57,078 nucleotides of DNA from Bdellovibrionota bacterium. Lineage in GTDB: Bacteria; Bdellovibrionota; UBA1018; CAIPTA01. Positions within the stretch are counted from its first letter, which is position 1; each line of letters opens with the position of its first letter. The notes beneath the pieces were generated by a model. It made no database searches and had not been told where the DNA came from. It saw nothing but the letters and a program-made list of their open reading frames with translations. Shown here piece by piece: positions 52,905 through 57,078 of the stretch. A program made the translations under genes and the position numbers. Location: positions 1 to 57,078 of the forward strand of contig DATBTF010000051.1 in NCBI GenBank assembly GCA_036559405.1, written 5' to 3'.

Positions 52905-53125
52905 GCGGCTTTCCTCCCTTTACCTTCCGGTATGCACGCCAGAAGGCTCATACGGTTCATGGAGAAAGCGCGATTCGATCTTACGATTCTCAGTTCTGCC
53001 ACTTTTCCTCCGTCACACAGGGACTGCAATCCGCGTACCGGTGATTTTGGAGAAAATGTCGCTGAATTCGGGGCGAAAGCTCTACGAAAGGGGACAGCAG
53101 TTCCGCTTTTGCCCCCTGCTCGTGC

Positions 53126-55663
53126 CTAAGCTGTCACTGAGGAACGGCGTTTTTCACGTTGCCGCTGGAGGATCAGCCAAAGACTTGGCAGGCTGAGGAT
53201 GGCTGCGGCAATACAAGTGATCTCGCCCGTAACAGCCAGCTTCCCGAAGCTCACGAAGGCCTGGCTCCCGCTCATCAGCAGCGAGCCGTAACCAATCGTG
53301 GTGGTGAGCGAGCAGAGCACCACGGCGCTCCCCGTTTCGCGGATCACCTGAACCACATCTTCACTGCCGGCATCACTCTTGTTTTTTCCGCCGTAGAGCC
53401 GGCCGAAGATGTTGACGGAATAGTCCACGCCGATGCCGAAGGTGATTGGCAGGGCGATGAAGTTCAGAAAGTTGATCTTCCAGCCGAAGGCACCGATCGC
53501 ACCCACCATCCAAAGCACCCCGAGCAGCAAGCTAAGCAGCATGGGCGCCGCCTGCCTCCAGCGGGGGAAGAGCACGATCACGAGCAAGGCAACCGCCGCG
53601 AAGGCGAAGAGAGTGGCTTTGGGCCCGTCCTGCTCGATTGCCTCCAGCATATCGGCCGAGATCGGATTCTGTCCGAGGATCACGGCCTGCACTCCGCTCC
53701 TCCCGATCGCCTCCCGCAGAAGCGCGGTATAGCGGATCACCTCTTCGCCATTCCAGGTGCCATGCGCCTCTTCCCCGCTGCCCTGGGGATTCAGGCGCGG
53801 GTAAACCTGGAGCACGGTCCCCAGGCGGCCGTCGGTTTCCTGGTAGCCCTTCAGAATGGCAGGCGGCAGTTCCTCCATACGAAACGGCAGCGGCGGAGGA
53901 TTCGGGAGGAAATCGCGCACCAGGGACGCCTCCTGGGCGCTGAGGGTGGAGCGCACCTTGGGCGTGAGCAGGCGGTTGAGGTCGCCCATCAGCTCATACT
54001 TGCGCGCCTGGTTCGCGGGATAAACATCATCGACCACGGATAGGGAGGCAAAGGGGGAGCTCTCTTTCTCCCTTGCCTGGATCACCTTCAGCTCCCCCAG
54101 CAGCTTGGCGGTGTCGGCGGCGGCGTCCGTAAGAACAATCGTGGGCGTAAGACCGCGGCCGAAGATGAGATCGGTTTTCTTTCCCCAAAAACCCGAGCCG
54201 TGCTCCATGCTCTCTTTGTTCCGGAGCTTCGAGAGATCGCTCTCGATGGTGCGGCGGGAAAGGTGGGAGGCACCCCAAAGGGAAATGGCTGAAAGCAAGA
54301 TCGTCCCGATCGCAAGCGCGCGGTGGTATTTGACCGCGAGCGGGGCGAGCCTGGCCACTGGGCCATGTTTCTCATGCTCCGAATTCTGCACCCGCATCCA
54401 GCCCCAGCGTTCCAGCAGCAGCACCGCCGCGGGGAGCGTGAGGTAGGAGACGAGCCAGCAGCTGGCCATGCCGATGGCGCCGATCACGCCGAACTGGCTG
54501 AAGCCGCGGAAGTCGGTGAGCGCGAGCGAGCCGTACGACACTCCCGCCGCGAGGGCCGCCGCGAGCGTGGGCTTCCAGGTGTCTTCCATGGACCTGGCCA
54601 TGGCCGATCCGCTTTCCACCCGCTTGCGCCGAAGTTCTGCATAGCGGGCGAGCAGGATGATGGGGAAGTTGATACCATTTCCGATCACGATCGAGCCGAG
54701 AAATGCGGTGTTGGCGTTGAGGTATCCCACCAGGAAATAGCTGAGGCCGAAAGTTACCGAAACGCCCACGAAGAGAGTGAAAGAGAGCGCGCCCACGCTG
54801 GAAAAGGTGCCGAAGAACATCCAAAGCACCATAGTCACAAGGATCGTGACGACCACGAAGCTCTTGACGAGATCCTTTACAAGCTCGCGGTTCTCTTCCA
54901 CGACGTTCTGCACGTCCCCGCCCAGGCCCACGCGCATGTCCGGCGCGTATTTGGAGGGGTCGAGCTCGCGAACGATTTTCTCCGCCGCCTCCGAGAGGCG
55001 CTGGTTGCCGCCCACGTCGGTAACCTTGCCGGGCAGGAAGGCGAGCACCACCCGGGTGCGGCCCTCGTTGTTCTGGAAATAGTCGTCGGGGAAACGGTCG
55101 AGCACGCCCTTTTTGTCGTCGTACTTCTTCCGCAGCTTCTGGATCGGCAGGCCGAGCTTCTTGGTTTCCGTTTTCTCCTCTTCGTCATCGAGACCGAGGT
55201 CGAACATCTTCTTGGTTTCGCTCTTCAGCTTGGCTTTGGCTTTGGCGTAAACCTCTTCCATATCGGCGAGGTCCACGAAGTAGGCGCGGTATTTCTCGAA
55301 GAAGCGCCGCTCTTCGCGCACGCTCTCCTTCACCTGAGCCACGATTTCAGGCGGAAGCTCACTCAGCCGTTTCGCCACATCGATCTGGAATCTTTCGCCG
55401 GCCTTGCTGTCGGCGGTTTCGATCACCACCTCCAGGTGGTTCATGCCGGAAAACCGGTGCGCGGCCTTGCGCAAGTCCTGCACGCTGGGTGCGCTTTCCG
55501 GAAGGAGCTCTTCGAGATCGGTGCGCAGGTTTTTATAAAGCAGGAAGGAGTAAAAACAGCCGACGAGCGCCAGCAGGAAAAATCCGCCGGTCACGGCCCC
55601 ACTGCGGTACTGCAAAAAGGCGCTCAGGCGTGGCCAGAAAGTTTTCGCGGAGGTGGCGGGCAT
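53126..55663 (-). CDS. MMPL/RND-superfamily exporter (HpnN-like architecture)
   Basis: 845 aa: two 6-TM bundles, each preceded by a large periplasmic loop; typical MMPL-like repeat. Confidence 0.8.
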   Translation of the reverse strand: MPATSAKTFWPRLSAFLQYRSGAVTGGFFLLALVGCFYSFLLYKNLRTDLEELLPESAPSVQDLRKAAHRFSGMNHLEVVIETADSKAGERFQIDVAKRLSELPPEIVAQVKESVREERRFFEKYRAYFVDLADMEEVYAKAKAKLKSETKKMFDLGLDDEEEKTETKKLGLPIQKLRKKYDDKKGVLDRFPDDYFQNNEGRTRVVLAFLPGKVTDVGGNQRLSEAAEKIVRELDPSKYAPDMRVGLGGDVQNVVEENRELVKDLVKSFVVVTILVTMVLWMFFGTFSSVGALSFTLFVGVSVTFGLSYFLVGYLNANTAFLGSIVIGNGINFPIILLARYAELRRKRVESGSAMARSMEDTWKPTLAAALAAGVSYGSLALTDFRGFSQFGVIGAIGMASCWLVSYLTLPAAVLLLERWGWMRVQNSEHEKHGPVARLAPLAVKYHRALAIGTILLSAISLWGASHLSRRTIESDLSKLRNKESMEHGSGFWGKKTDLIFGRGLTPTIVLTDAAADTAKLLGELKVIQAREKESSPFASLSVVDDVYPANQARKYELMGDLNRLLTPKVRSTLSAQEASLVRDFLPNPPPLPFRMEELPPAILKGYQETDGRLGTVLQVYPRLNPQGSGEEAHGTWNGEEVIRYTALLREAIGRSGVQAVILGQNPISADMLEAIEQDGPKATLFAFAAVALLVIVLFPRWRQAAPMLLSLLLGVLWMVGAIGAFGWKINFLNFIALPITFGIGVDYSVNIFGRLYGGKNKSDAGSEDVVQVIRETGSAVVLCSLTTTIGYGSLLMSGSQAFVSFGKLAVTGEITCIAAAILSLPSLWLILQRQREKRRSSVTA

Positions 55664-55726
55664 ATTGCCACCAGAAGGTAATGTGGGAGCGTCACAAAGG
55701 CAATGGATTCACGTATTTCTCGTCGA

Positions 55727-56683
55727 TTACGCTGCGCGCCCGCGCACGCCGCTCAGGGCGCGGGGGCCGTATACCCAAACGGGATAGAGGCCGGCGCGTA
55801 CCACGTCCTGGGCCACGCTTCCGGCCACCAGGCGCGTGAACGGGCCGCTGAGGGAAGGCATAGCGATCAGTCGCACTCCTTCCCTGCGGGCGGTGTCGAG
55901 CACCGCCCTCCCCACCAGCGCAACCATGATTCCTTTCTCCAGCATGAAGCGCGCGCGCACTCCCCTGCTCTGGATCCGTCTCACGGTCTCCGCACCCCGC
56001 CGTCTCGCCCAGGCTTCTTGATCGTCAGGGAAATTGGCCGGCAGGATGCCGCCGCCCAAGCTCAAGTCAGCGGAAGGCACTGGTACTGTGAGGGCGTGGA
56101 AAACCAGCACCTCATAGCGCTGCGCCTCGGCTGAGGGCAGGAACGCATCCAGGGCTTCCTGCGCCGCTGCAGAAAAATCCGTGGGGAAAAGCGCGGTCTT
56201 CCGCTTGGCAGCTGCACGGGGCACGGCATAGCGGGGGAGAAAAAGTACGGGAATGGGACTTTCCCGCAGCAGAAGCTCCGCGAAACTTCCGCTTACCAAG
56301 CGCGTTATCCCGGTTCGTCCATGCGAGGAAACCACGATCCACTCGGCCCTTTCCTTTTCCGCCAGATCGAGAACGGCCTGCACCGCGGAGGCGCGGGTGC
56401 CGGTTTCACTGACTATGACCGCCGTGCGCGGCTCCTTTCCCAGATGGTAGCGCTTCAGATAGCGCGAGACGGCGCGCTCGATTTCGGGCACCAGCGGGAC
56501 CCTGCCCGCCTCGGCTGCCTTCTCCGGCTGAGCCACGATGTGTGTGGGAAGGAGTTCGAGACCGGAACGTTCTGCCCAATGCGCGAGCTCCCTTACGCTG
56601 GACGCAAGCGGATGGCTCCCCTCTTCAAAAGGGTCCACCGCCCAAACCACAACACGGCTCCTCTTGCTCTCTGCTCCGCTCAT
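55727..56683 (-). CDS. tandem-domain universal stress protein
   Basis: Two Usp domains: VVVWAVDP...IVVSSHGRTGITRLVSGSFAELLLRESPIPVLFLP, and a second ending LVAGSVAQDVVRAGLYPVWVY. Trimmed to MSGAESK. Confidence 0.75.
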   Translation of the reverse strand: MSGAESKRSRVVVWAVDPFEEGSHPLASSVRELAHWAERSGLELLPTHIVAQPEKAAEAGRVPLVPEIERAVSRYLKRYHLGKEPRTAVIVSETGTRASAVQAVLDLAEKERAEWIVVSSHGRTGITRLVSGSFAELLLRESPIPVLFLPRYAVPRAAAKRKTALFPTDFSAAAQEALDAFLPSAEAQRYEVLVFHALTVPVPSADLSLGGGILPANFPDDQEAWARRRGAETVRRIQSRGVRARFMLEKGIMVALVGRAVLDTARREGVRLIAMPSLSGPFTRLVAGSVAQDVVRAGLYPVWVYGPRALSGVRGRAA

Positions 56684-56803
56684 GCAGCCTCCACGAATGG
56701 CCTCACGGCCCCTTCCCATTTGGAAGTTTACCGCCTTAGCCCGGTTGCCGCAGAAAAAGCAATCCACTCGCGGCATTTGGCCGCGGCTGCTTCATGATCA
56801 AAC

Positions 56804-57078
56804 TTATTTCATTTTGTACTGGAGCATCTCCAGAGCGTTCAGATCGAGGTCAATCTTCTCAGTTGTATAGAACATTCCGTAGCAGAGCCCGTTGGCGAAG
56901 CCCCAAAGGAGCAGAAGCACGCATACGAAGCCAGCCGCATCCCAGCGCACCTTTTGCCTCAGCACGGGCGCCGCGGCCAGCGCGAGGGCAGGATAGGCGG
57001 TGGATACGTAGCGCGTCTGATAGCCGATCGGAAGCTGGCTGGCGAAGGTGAAGCCCACGAAAAACACCGCCGCCCACA
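56804..57078 (-). CDS. C-terminal fragment of a polytopic membrane protein (5' end outside the window)
   Basis: The frame stays open to the window edge (...WAAVFFVGFTFASQLPIGYQ...); hydrophobic; function not assignable. Confidence 0.4.
   Translation of the reverse strand, partial: WAAVFFVGFTFASQLPIGYQTRYVSTAYPALALAAAPVLRQKVRWDAAGFVCVLLLLWGFANGLCYGMFYTTEKIDLDLNALEMLQYKMK

Noticed and set aside
54323-55681. 452-aa ORF on the + strand (and 53159..54043 +)
   Set aside because: Both are antisense shadows of the MMPL transporter gene, which has a coherent 12-TM architecture on the minus strand.

Overview
GC-rich (roughly 60% by eye) chromosomal segment of a Gram-negative bacterium; lgt, lipobox lipoproteins, a beta-barrel OMP, BtuB/TonB, MMPL and Kup are all present. 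It holds about 65 tightly packed protein genes, many joined by ATGA start/stop overlaps. I found no rRNA, tRNA, CRISPR array, integrase, prophage module or recognisable canonical anti-phage system. Many long ORFs in the track are antisense or alternate-frame shadows typical of high-GC DNA and were rejected. Recognisable content: a pyrimidine operon (1..5692, minus strand), yqjD/yqjE-like genes, a uracil-DNA glycosylase, a lipoprotein/lgt operon, FecR-ElbB-metalloprotease, MoxR-DUF58-transglutaminase, an acyl-CoA dehydrogenase, an RRM RNA-binding protein, several secreted peptidase-like proteins, an orphan murF, yebC, kup, a cobalamin riboswitch-btuB-tonB unit, bcp, an IS200/RAYT-like HUH transposase gene, FKBP, fliA, ogt, an MFS exporter, a fused full-length ABCC-type transporter, MMPL and a tandem USP. 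Best leads, none proven: (1) a bacterial URC1/URC4-type uracil/uridine degradation operon closed by a malonate-semialdehyde dehydrogenase. (2) An exact 12-mer, TGACATCGCTCC, present six times plus degenerate copies, always pointing at the next gene and piled up in inverted arrays around the HUH transposase gene. (3) A roughly 140-nt helix-closed RNA element in the murF leader that I cannot assign to a known class. (4) A family of small lipoproteins with poly-Gly or coiled-coil linkers and Thr/Ser/Val tails, located beside lgt. (5) A protamine-like Arg-rich protein, a eukaryote-style ABCC transporter and a cluster of orphan secreted proteins. All domain calls come from reading motifs by eye; no database search was run.
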